64,000 nt of DNA. Source: Verrucomicrobiales bacterium. Lineage in GTDB: Bacteria; Verrucomicrobiota; Verrucomicrobiia; Verrucomicrobiales; V1-33. Positions 35,812-43,991 of this stretch are shown one piece after another. The stretch is from the NCBI GenBank assembly GCA_035550135.1, contig DASZQB010000053.1, positions 17,782 through 81,781 on the forward strand, given 5' to 3'. The notes under the pieces are model-generated. The model was not told where the DNA came from and ran no database searches. It was given only the letters and a program-made list of their open reading frames with translations. The position numbers and the translations under genes were made by a program. Numbering within the stretch: position 1 is the stretch's first letter; each line of letters begins with the position of its first letter.

Positions 35812-38800
35812 CTACGGAGTGCGGGTGATTCTCAGGAACCGCCGGGAGTTGCCCGTGACAATGACGCTAACGGATTTTTCCGTGCCGTCACCTGTGATCA
35901 CCTGGCCCGCCGGAGCCCACACCGCGAGGTCGGCGCTGGATTCCGATTGATAAGAGAAACCGGCCACCGTGGTAAAAGTAAGGGTCACCTGACCTCCGGC
36001 CTGTGTCACGCTGGTAACCGCGGGCGGCGGAAGGGCGGGGGCATTGGATTGCCCGGCGGTGGGAGTTGTCAGGAAAACGATATCAGTGCCGCCGTCGGGA
36101 GTGCGTCCCTGGGAGACATCGCTCACCTGAGCGCCGAAAGTTACCGTGTCCACCACAGTGGAGTCCGGAGCGAGAAGTGTTAGGGATTCTCCATCGGAGG
36201 AAAGCTTGAAGCTGACATGCAGTTCCCCCGCGCCGGTGTTTTGGTCGGTTTCGTCATCGGCCCAGACAACGAGACGGCCTCCGGCGGGAATGGTGTATCC
36301 CGCTGGAATTACATAAGGCACGGCACCGCTGTCCTTGAGGCTCCAGCCCTGAAGGTTCACGGCCGCGGCGGTCGGATTGTAGATCTCGAACCAGTCGTCG
36401 CTGTCATTGTCGGCGGGATCGCGAACCGCGCCGGAGTTCGCGGCCATCCATTCATTGAGGCGCAACGCAGGCCATTGTACGGTTCCCGTGAACTGACTGG
36501 TTAGGTTGGCAGAGCCGATGACGGTGCCGTTAGTGTCGAGCGCACGGACGAGCAGCGAGTTCCCACCCGATTTCAGCACGAAGGGCACGGTCCATGCCGT
36601 GAGTGATGTCCAGCGCGGAGTGACCGGGAGGCCATTGATCTCGATGGTCTTCACCTGCACGGGGGCCGTGCCGGTGACATTGATCGTGGCTTCACTGGAG
36701 GTGGCGGGCGCGTTCGCCGCGAATGATGCCGCGACGGTGGCGAGTTGATTGAGGATATAAGTGCGGCGGGCGGCGGCATTGCTTTTGATGCCGGCGGGAG
36801 ATGTGACGGCAGCATTGTTTGCTGTGAGACCTGCATAGCGCTGGTCTATCCACGTGTTGAAGTTCGCTGCCGCGAGCGGACCGTTCGCGGCGTCGTGATA
36901 CGCGCGCCAGAGGTGGCGGCGGAAGGGAGGATGATTCGCCATCTTCGCGACCATGGCGTCGTTGATGGCAAAGAGATTGCCGCCCGTATCGCCTCCGTAA
37001 GCAAAATCATTGTCCCACGGAATGAGCACCCAGCGTCCGCCGGGTGGTTTCCACGCATACATGTTCTGTGAATAGCTGCTGTTCCCGAAACTGTCCACGT
37101 TTTGGATGACGTGCTCGAAAGCGACGACGCGCATCCATTGCTCAATATCGATGACGGCTTCGATCGCTGCGGTGTAGGCGTCGCCTGTCGCAGTGGTGGT
37201 GGCCGTATCCATGAGCCCGAACAGATCGCTGAAGTCGTTGCGGTCGAGGCCGGCCTCACGCCGCGGCCAGTTGGCACGGTAGCGCGCCACTTTCCGGGCG
37301 CCGCCGGTGGTGAACCAATTCGCGAGCCGCGCATCACTGTGGGTGAACGAGGTGACCGGGTCGTTGAATTCAAACCAAAGCTGCACCTTGTGCAGCGTGC
37401 CGCTGCCGCCATCCGAAAAGAACGTGCGCAGCATGTCTTTGCCGGGCTGCACGACATTTTCAAACACCGCAGCGCGGCGCACTCCGTTCACGAAAAGATG
37501 CATGTGACTGCGCGGCCCGGTGGGGAGACCCATTTGCTCCGCGGTCCAGTTCGCCGCCAGTTCGCGCAGTGCCGTGCCGTCTTCGCCGACGTTCCCGGGC
37601 CAGGAGAGTTTCGTGTTGTCCGCTCCGAGAAGCAAATCGTCTTCGGGAAGAAAGACGTCGTAGTCGCACCAGTGGCCGGTGGGCGTATCATAAACGCCGG
37701 GCGAGCCGTTGAAGCCGAGCGTGTGGAACGGACTGCCGGCGAAGCGGCCCCCGGCATTGTAGATCACGCGATCGCCGCGCCAGGCGACAGTAATGTCCAG
37801 GGGAGCATTGCTCATTTTTGTACGGGACGACCACTGATCGAAGGTGGCTTTTGTCATCCACATGTTGAGCGTGCTGAGTGAGCCCGCTTCATTCACCGCA
37901 CCCCAGCGGACGAGCGCCTCGCGCGCGGGAGCGTTGTCAGGGAAGCGCGTGGTGACCGGAGCGGCGGCCGCATCGGTCGCTTCGATGGAAAACGCCGCCA
38001 GCGTGCCGGCGGGTTGCGCGGGAATTTCGGCACTGAAGAGTCCGCCACCTCGCGGGAGCATCGACAAAACGTGGACTTCCGGCGAAGGATCGAGACGGTA
38101 GTTCAGCAACAGCGCGGCGACCGCGTCAGGGTCTTCAACGCGTGCCGTGAGTGTCACTGGCTGGCCCGCGGCGGGCAGAACGGGAGAATGCGTGACATCG
38201 AAAATTGCCGGTCCGCTGTTTGCCGCCGCACGACTGTTAGGCGTGCCGGGAGTGCCGAGAGTTCCGGTGGTAAGAATAGAACCCACGGCCTCCAGCCAGT
38301 TGCCTCGCAGCCGGAGCCGCAGGCCGGTGGAGCCGTGCAGCCAGCGCACCTTTGCCCGCAGCGTGGCAGTTTGTCCGGTGGAGGGCACGCTGGTCAGGTT
38401 GGTGAAGATGCGGTTGGAGGGATCGCCGTTTTCGGATGCCCTAACGTGGAGGGAGTTTGCTCCGCTAACGCCTTCTCCTGTGCGCAGCGTGCTGCCGTCA
38501 TGCGTGCCCTGCAGCACCCAGCCGGTGAGACCGGATTCGAAGGAGGGATTGCTGACAAGATTCGCTCCGGTGGTGAAGACCTCCACGTCGTCCACCAGGC
38601 ATTCGCCCGGGCCATCGAGGAGGATTTCCAATGCCGTGGCTCCATCGCGGCCATTATCGAGTACACCTGTGGTCTGCACGGTCATCCATGCGCTCTTCGC
38701 CGATTCATCGCTGTCCGCCCACGTCGCGGCGAGACGCGAGTCGGCACGGGAATCCACGCGTTCAAGGCTGCTGCCGCCGCCGTCGGACCACCGGCCCCAG

Positions 38801-41800
38801 CGCCCGCCGGTGCCATAGGTGACTTCCTCCTCCGTGGCGAATCCGCCGCCCGGAAGCGGGCTGCGCAGTGACACACGGCCGCCTGAGTTGGACAGCTTGC
38901 CGGAATAGTTTCCCGCTATCGCTGCCGCGGCGAGACCCGGATGCTGTGTGAGCAGATGCGTTCCGTTCTCTGCGATGACGAGATAACCGCCTGCGTTCAG
39001 CGTCGTGCCTGGAGGAAAGTCGAAGTCCACATCGCCGCGAAGCCGCCATCCGCTGAGGTCCACAGCGGAGGCGCTAACATTTCGCAGTTCGAGAAATTCC
39101 TCCTCGTCGTTGCCGGACGCCGGGTTATACTGAATTTCATTGAGCACCACCACTGCCTGCCGGCGGCCGGTATTGGCGCTGCCGGGACTTGCCGAAGCAA
39201 GCAGAAACGGATTCGTCCCGCCATCGCGTGGAAAGCCGAATGAAGCGCCGTTCGGAATGCCCGTGCAGCGCATCTCATGCAGCACGCGGGCACCGGCGGG
39301 ACTGCGCAGCACGATTGTTCCACCGCTCGAAGGAGGGGCCGCCTGTGGAAAGCTCATCCATTGCTGAGCAGAGATGCTGGTGTTAGCGGGGATGACGAAT
39401 GTTTGCTGACCGTTAGTGAGTTCACAGCCGCTCAGATCCGCTGGAGAAGCGGAAAGATTGAACAGCTCGACAAATCCCGGATTCGCTCCGGCTTCGTTAA
39501 TCACAATGGCATCCAGCGCGTCGTAAACCGTGGCCGGTTCGGCAGCGCCGGGCGAGCCGCCGGCATTCCGGCTGGCAGCCCATGCCGCCGGATCGGCTTC
39601 ACCGCGGCTGGCGTGCGCCAGCACAAGAGACGGTCCAAAGCCATCCGGGGCAGCCGGCCATGGGGCGTCTTTAGAGAAGGCGAACTCCAGCAGCACTGCA
39701 TCGTTGCGATTCCGCAGCCGCAAAGTGCCGTCGCTCGCGCCGAGAGTGCCGCTCCACGGTCCGAGGACTCCGTTGATGCCGTAGGCCGCCTGCACATCCG
39801 CAGGCACCCCGGCGAGGACGAGACGGCCGCCCGCGGCGAGACTCGTTCCGCTGGGAAAGGCATAACTGATGTCGCCGGAGATCCGCCATCCTGTCAACTC
39901 TTGTACCCACGGGCTGGTGTTGCAGAGTTCGATGAAGCGCACGTCGCGCCCGTCGCCGCGCGCAGGCGGATGATACATCACTTCAGAAATGATCAGTCCC
40001 GTATTCCGTGAGGATGGTCCGGGGGCTTCTGGCGCATTTTTATAAAAAGCGGTGCTCAGCGGTGTCCACGAAAAGGTGAATGACTGACTGCTGCCGGCAG
40101 CGATGGTGTTTGGAACGGTCGCCGTGTCCCGCACACCTGAGACCTGCACAGTGTAATTACCGTTAGGCGTCAGGCCGGAGAGTTGCAGAATGACTGTGCG
40201 TCCGTTGGGGCCCATGCGGGCGCTTAGCACCGATTGTCCGGCAATCGTGTAATTGGCGGCATTCGTCGCAGTGACCGGGTCCACCGGTTCCGTGAAGGTG
40301 ACGAGGATAATGGTCGGAACACCCAGATGACTCACGCCGGCAATGGCAGGCGGCGTCACGTCCGGAGTGACGGTCAGTGTGGCGGCATTGCTGGTGGCGG
40401 AGCCAAAGGGATTCGTCACGATGCAATCAAACTGCGCGCCGTTGTCCTGCGCGATGGTCAAAACACCGGTGGTATAGCTGAACCCCGTTGCTCCTGGAAT
40501 GATCTGGCTGTTTCGGCGCCACTGCACAGTGGTGGCCTTCGGATTTTGCAGCGTCACGGTGAATGTCGCCGTCTGACCTTCCGTGCCGCTAGTGTTCGCC
40601 GGATGTTGACTGACGACCGGCACGCCAAAGCCCGTCGGTGTGAGGGAAGCAATCTGGCCCTGCGTAAGCACAGAATCGTAGATGCGCGCCTCTTCGATGC
40701 CGCCGGAGAAAAAGCTGCTTCCTCCCGCATCCGCGTGCCGTTTGCCAAACATCACATCCGTCGTGCCGCTGCCATAGGCCACGCGCGTGCCCTGGGAGTA
40801 TGAGGTGCCGTAAGGCTGGCCGTTGCGATAGAGCGTGACGCGGTTCTGATCGCCCGCGCCAGTGCTGCCGTAGGTGATCGCCATCTGCACGAGCGTATTC
40901 GGGCCTGCTGTTTCATTCGGACCATTGACGTCCTGCGTGCGACCCCAGCCATCGCTGCCGGCCATCCACTGCAGCGCCTGACGTTCGGCATACACGATTC
41001 CATCGAACACATCCGCGCCGGCGCTGCGCTCCAGCGTGAGCACCGAACCGCCGCCGGTGCTGAGGCTGTTTATATAGACCCACGCCACGAGGGTCCGCGC
41101 GGAAATTTCCGGGCCGGTGTAAGCGCCGGTCTGGAGAAACTGTGAAGTGCCGGCGTCGAGATTCAGGACACCGTTCGTGATCGTCGCGCCATTCGACGGC
41201 ACGCCCGCGGCGAAGTTCCCTGTCGCATCTGCAGCACCGCTTTCAAAGGTCCACTGCCCAACCATCACCGGTGGCGGCGGAGGCTGAACCGTTAGGGTCA
41301 CGGTATTGCTGGTGACGCTTCCGAATCCGTTCGTTACGACACAATCGAACGTCGCACCGTTGTCGGCGCCGATGGTGACCGGCCCCAGCGAGTAACCGGC
41401 GGTGGTGGCTCCCTGGATGTTTTGGGTGCCGCGCCGCCATTGAAATGAAGCCCCTGCGGCGTTCTCGAGGCTCAGTGAAAAACTTGCCAGCGTTCCTTCG
41501 GTTGCTGTGCTGTTCTGCGGTTGTTGCGAAATCACCGGCGGGCCGCTGCTTGTTAACGAGAGCGCGGAAATTTCCGCCTGTGTCAGAGCTGTGTCGTAAA
41601 TGCGCGCCTCCTCGATGGAGCCGGTGAAAAAAGCGGCCCCTCCCGCCTCCTCGTGGCGCTTGCCGAAGATGGCATCCACACCGGAACTGTAGGTTTGGCG
41701 CGTGCCGCCGAGGTAGGTGCCGTAGCTCACACCGTTGCGGTAGAGGGTGATGCGGTTCTGATTGTTCGCCGCCACGGGATCGCCATAGACGATCGCCATC

Positions 41801-42255
41801 TGCACGAGCGTCGTCGGCGTTGCCGTCTCCACCGGGCCGCTAACATCCTGCGTGCGGTTCCAAAAGTCGCTGCCCGCCATCCATTTCAGCGGCTGGCGCT
41901 CTCCGTAAACGATGCCGTCGAAAATATCAGTGCCAGCGCTTCGCTCCAGCGAAAGCACCGAGCCTCCGACTGCGCTGAGATCCGTCACATAGACCCAAGC
42001 GATCAGCGTCTTGGCATTGATGGCCGGACCGGTGTAGGCGCCGGTTTTGAGAAACTGTCCGGCTGCGGCGGTGAGGTGAAGCCGACCTCCGGAGATGGTT
42101 GCGCCGCCGGCAGGAGCGCCGGTGGCGAAATTCCCCGTCGCGTCAGACGCGTCCGTGCTGAAAGTCCATTGTCCCACCAGCGCCGCCGAAGCGCATCGTA
42201 CGGCTAACAAAGAGGCGAAAAGAAACGCGGGGAGTCCCGTGCGGGTGGTATTCAT
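35812..42255 (-). CDS. Giant secreted multidomain protein: 2x(LamG-Ig), SbsA-type Ig, 3 lamin-tail domains, CBM-like jelly roll, CotH kinase-fold domain, Ig, 4th lamin-tail domain, conserved C-terminal domain
   Basis: Signal peptide MNTTRTGLPAFLFASLLAVRCASA. LTD signatures RFIELCNTS, GFVELFNLS, EFLELRNVS, DWFEIYNPT. CotH-like ...RWVLIPWDNDFAYGG. LamG modules with FDGIVY.ER...WMAGSD. Confidence 0.85.
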   Translation of the reverse strand: MNTTRTGLPAFLFASLLAVRCASAALVGQWTFSTDASDATGNFATGAPAGGATISGGRLHLTAAAGQFLKTGAYTGPAINAKTLIAWVYVTDLSAVGGSVLSLERSAGTDIFDGIVYGERQPLKWMAGSDFWNRTQDVSGPVETATPTTLVQMAIVYGDPVAANNQNRITLYRNGVSYGTYLGGTRQTYSSGVDAIFGKRHEEAGGAAFFTGSIEEARIYDTALTQAEISALSLTSSGPPVISQQPQNSTATEGTLASFSLSLENAAGASFQWRRGTQNIQGATTAGYSLGPVTIGADNGATFDCVVTNGFGSVTSNTVTLTVQPPPPPVMVGQWTFESGAADATGNFAAGVPSNGATITNGVLNLDAGTSQFLQTGAYTGPEISARTLVAWVYINSLSTGGGSVLTLERSAGADVFDGIVYAERQALQWMAGSDGWGRTQDVNGPNETAGPNTLVQMAITYGSTGAGDQNRVTLYRNGQPYGTSYSQGTRVAYGSGTTDVMFGKRHADAGGSSFFSGGIEEARIYDSVLTQGQIASLTPTGFGVPVVSQHPANTSGTEGQTATFTVTLQNPKATTVQWRRNSQIIPGATGFSYTTGVLTIAQDNGAQFDCIVTNPFGSATSNAATLTVTPDVTPPAIAGVSHLGVPTIILVTFTEPVDPVTATNAANYTIAGQSVLSARMGPNGRTVILQLSGLTPNGNYTVQVSGVRDTATVPNTIAAGSSQSFTFSWTPLSTAFYKNAPEAPGPSSRNTGLIISEVMYHPPARGDGRDVRFIELCNTSPWVQELTGWRISGDISYAFPSGTSLAAGGRLVLAGVPADVQAAYGINGVLGPWSGTLGASDGTLRLRNRNDAVLLEFAFSKDAPWPAAPDGFGPSLVLAHASRGEADPAAWAASRNAGGSPGAAEPATVYDALDAIVINEAGANPGFVELFNLSASPADLSGCELTNGQQTFVIPANTSISAQQWMSFPQAAPPSSGGTIVLRSPAGARVLHEMRCTGIPNGASFGFPRDGGTNPFLLASASPGSANTGRRQAVVVLNEIQYNPASGNDEEEFLELRNVSASAVDLSGWRLRGDVDFDFPPGTTLNAGGYLVIAENGTHLLTQHPGLAAAAIAGNYSGKLSNSGGRVSLRSPLPGGGFATEEEVTYGTGGRWGRWSDGGGSSLERVDSRADSRLAATWADSDESAKSAWMTVQTTGVLDNGRDGATALEILLDGPGECLVDDVEVFTTGANLVSNPSFESGLTGWVLQGTHDGSTLRTGEGVSGANSLHVRASENGDPSNRIFTNLTSVPSTGQTATLRAKVRWLHGSTGLRLRLRGNWLEAVGSILTTGTLGTPGTPNSRAAANSGPAIFDVTHSPVLPAAGQPVTLTARVEDPDAVAALLLNYRLDPSPEVHVLSMLPRGGGLFSAEIPAQPAGTLAAFSIEATDAAAAPVTTRFPDNAPAREALVRWGAVNEAGSLSTLNMWMTKATFDQWSSRTKMSNAPLDITVAWRGDRVIYNAGGRFAGSPFHTLGFNGSPGVYDTPTGHWCDYDVFLPEDDLLLGADNTKLSWPGNVGEDGTALRELAANWTAEQMGLPTGPRSHMHLFVNGVRRAAVFENVVQPGKDMLRTFFSDGGSGTLHKVQLWFEFNDPVTSFTHSDARLANWFTTGGARKVARYRANWPRREAGLDRNDFSDLFGLMDTATTTATGDAYTAAIEAVIDIEQWMRVVAFEHVIQNVDSFGNSSYSQNMYAWKPPGGRWVLIPWDNDFAYGGDTGGNLFAINDAMVAKMANHPPFRRHLWRAYHDAANGPLAAANFNTWIDQRYAGLTANNAAVTSPAGIKSNAAARRTYILNQLATVAASFAANAPATSSEATINVTGTAPVQVKTIEINGLPVTPRWTSLTAWTVPFVLKSGGNSLLVRALDTNGTVIGSANLTSQFTGTVQWPALRLNEWMAANSGAVRDPADNDSDDWFEIYNPTAAAVNLQGWSLKDSGAVPYVIPAGYTIPAGGRLVVWADDETDQNTGAGELHVSFKLSSDGESLTLLAPDSTVVDTVTFGAQVSDVSQGRTPDGGTDIVFLTTPTAGQSNAPALPPPAVTSVTQAGGQVTLTFTTVAGFSYQSESSADLAVWAPAGQVITGDGTEKSVSVIVTGNSRRFLRITRTP
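40369..42183 (-). repeat. Intragenic tandem duplication: two approx. 300-aa LamG+Ig units (41284-42183 and 40369-41268)
   Basis: Units align end to end (ALVGQWTF.../VMVGQWTF... through ...TSNTVTLTV/...TSNAATLTV), roughly 60% identical residues by eye. Confidence 0.8.
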
Positions 42256-42499
42256 TGTGAAGGGCGGACGTTTGGGTTGCACCTCAAGTGGAACAAAATC
42301 ACCGCCGCGAAGACAAGAACAGAGCCACCCCCTTTTTGGGGGAAACGATGCGGCTGTGCAGGGAAAACCGGATTATGCCGCAGCTTCATGACCTATCCCC
42401 GATATGGGGGATGGTGAGCATCTGGTCAGCGCCGCCGGGACCGCATATTCAACTGCGCGAAATTCAATCAACCAACCCGCACCACCTGCGCCAATCACG

Positions 42500-43357
42500 A
42501 TGAAAGCAATCCGCCGCACGCTCGCCGTTCTCCCATTTCTCGCCCTCAGTAATACCTCCAGTCCCGCCGCCACGCTCGTGGGACAATGGACATTTGAAAA
42601 CGGTTCACTGCAGGACAGCACCGGAAATTTCGGGAATCTCGTCCTCCAGGGAAACGCCTCGATCATCAATGGAGCGCTCGATCTTAATGGTTCGGCCACC
42701 ACCTCCAGCGGCTGGGCCTCCACGCCCGGCGGTCCTGGCAGTCCCTACAATGCCGGCCCCGGCGGAGGTCTCGCCATCAGCAGCAAAACGATGGTCTCAT
42801 GGGTCACCATGCAGGGCTTGTCGCCGGTCGCGCAGGCGGGTTCCGCCATGACACTCGATTCAGTTAGCGTGGACAACTTCGACGGCATCGTTTTTTCGGA
42901 GACGCCACGCAGCGCCACCAACGGATGGATGAGCGGCAGCAGCTTCTGGAACCGTTCAGCGCCCGGGCAATTCAACCAGTCCTCTGCCGTCGAAACGACC
43001 ACCGGCAATTTAATCCAACTGGCGATCACCTATGAAGTGGCGGGCGCTAATGTCACAATTACCGGCTATCGGAATGGCGTGCTGATGGGCACTTACGTTT
43101 CCGGCAGTGCCGGTACATGGGCGGCGGGAGACCAGGAAGTGATCTTTGGCCAGCGGCACATCGGTCCGCCTGGCGCGTTCGGCGTCCAGGGCGGCATCGA
43201 TGCTCTCATTCATGAGGCCCGCCTCTATGATGGCGCGCTCACGCTGGGGGAAATCAATTCGCTCACGATGGTGCCTGAGCCTGGCTCGGCAGCACTGGCC
43301 CTGACGGCGGCGGGCCTGCTCTGCACACGGCGGCGCTCACGCTCCCGCGGCTGCTGA
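42500..43357 (+). CDS. LamG (Laminin_G_3) domain protein with PEP-CTERM sorting signal
   Basis: Signal peptide MKAIRRTLAVLPFLALS. LVGQWTFENG...FDGIVFSE...WMSGSSFW. C-terminus VPEPGSAALALTAAGLLCTRRRSRSRGC is PEP motif + TM + Arg cluster (43271-43354). Confidence 0.8.
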   Translation: MKAIRRTLAVLPFLALSNTSSPAATLVGQWTFENGSLQDSTGNFGNLVLQGNASIINGALDLNGSATTSSGWASTPGGPGSPYNAGPGGGLAISSKTMVSWVTMQGLSPVAQAGSAMTLDSVSVDNFDGIVFSETPRSATNGWMSGSSFWNRSAPGQFNQSSAVETTTGNLIQLAITYEVAGANVTITGYRNGVLMGTYVSGSAGTWAAGDQEVIFGQRHIGPPGAFGVQGGIDALIHEARLYDGALTLGEINSLTMVPEPGSAALALTAAGLLCTRRRSRSRGC

Positions 43358-43364
43358 AGGGATC

Positions 43365-43991
43365 CTATTCGAGGTGCACGATCCCGTGGCGGATCGCTTC
43401 AATGGCCGCCTGCGTGCGGTCGGCGACGCCGAGTTTGGTGAATAGCGCGCGCAGGTGTGTCTTCACGCTCTCGTCACCGATGCCGAGATCGGCGGCAATT
43501 TCCTTATTGCTGCGGCCCTGGACGATGAGGCGCACGATTTCCAGTTCGCGCGGGCTGAGGTTCTTGCGCGTCATGCGTTCGGCCAGCAGGGTGGCGACTT
43601 CCGGCGGCAGCACTTTGCCGCCGCCATGCACGGTCTTCACCGCTGCGACGAGATCGGCGCTGGTCAGGCCTTTGAGTACGTAGCCGCTGGCTCCGGCCTG
43701 AATGGCGCGGTGAATATCTTCATCGCGGTCAAACGTGGTCACTATCAGCACTCGCATGGTCTGCCAGCGCTGGCGGATGGCGAGCGTGGCATCCACTCCA
43801 CCGCCACCTGGAATGCGCAAGTCCATCAACACCACATCCGGTTGATGTTCCTCACATGCTGAAAGCGCACCTGGCACATCGCCGGCCTCGGCCACCACGG
43901 AGAATTGCGGCTGCGAGCCTAACATGGCAGCAAGGCCCACGCGGATGGCAGGGTGATCGTCCACAATGAGAATGCGAATGCGTTTAGACAT
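43365..43991 (-). CDS. NarL/FixJ (LuxR-type HTH) response regulator
   Basis: RILIVDDHPAIR...VVLMDLRIPGG receiver, and C-terminal LSPRELEIVRLIVQGRSNKEIAADLGIGDESVKTHL. Confidence 0.9.
   Translation of the reverse strand: MSKRIRILIVDDHPAIRVGLAAMLGSQPQFSVVAEAGDVPGALSACEEHQPDVVLMDLRIPGGGGVDATLAIRQRWQTMRVLIVTTFDRDEDIHRAIQAGASGYVLKGLTSADLVAAVKTVHGGGKVLPPEVATLLAERMTRKNLSPRELEIVRLIVQGRSNKEIAADLGIGDESVKTHLRALFTKLGVADRTQAAIEAIRHGIVHLE

Noticed and set aside
42325-42409. Small hairpins CCCCCTTTTTGGGGG and ATCCCCgatatGGGGAT in the divergent promoter region between the CotH giant and the LamG PEP-CTERM gene
   Set aside because: The stems are only 5-6 bp, which is too short to argue for function without conservation data. 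They are noted as possible regulatory sites only.
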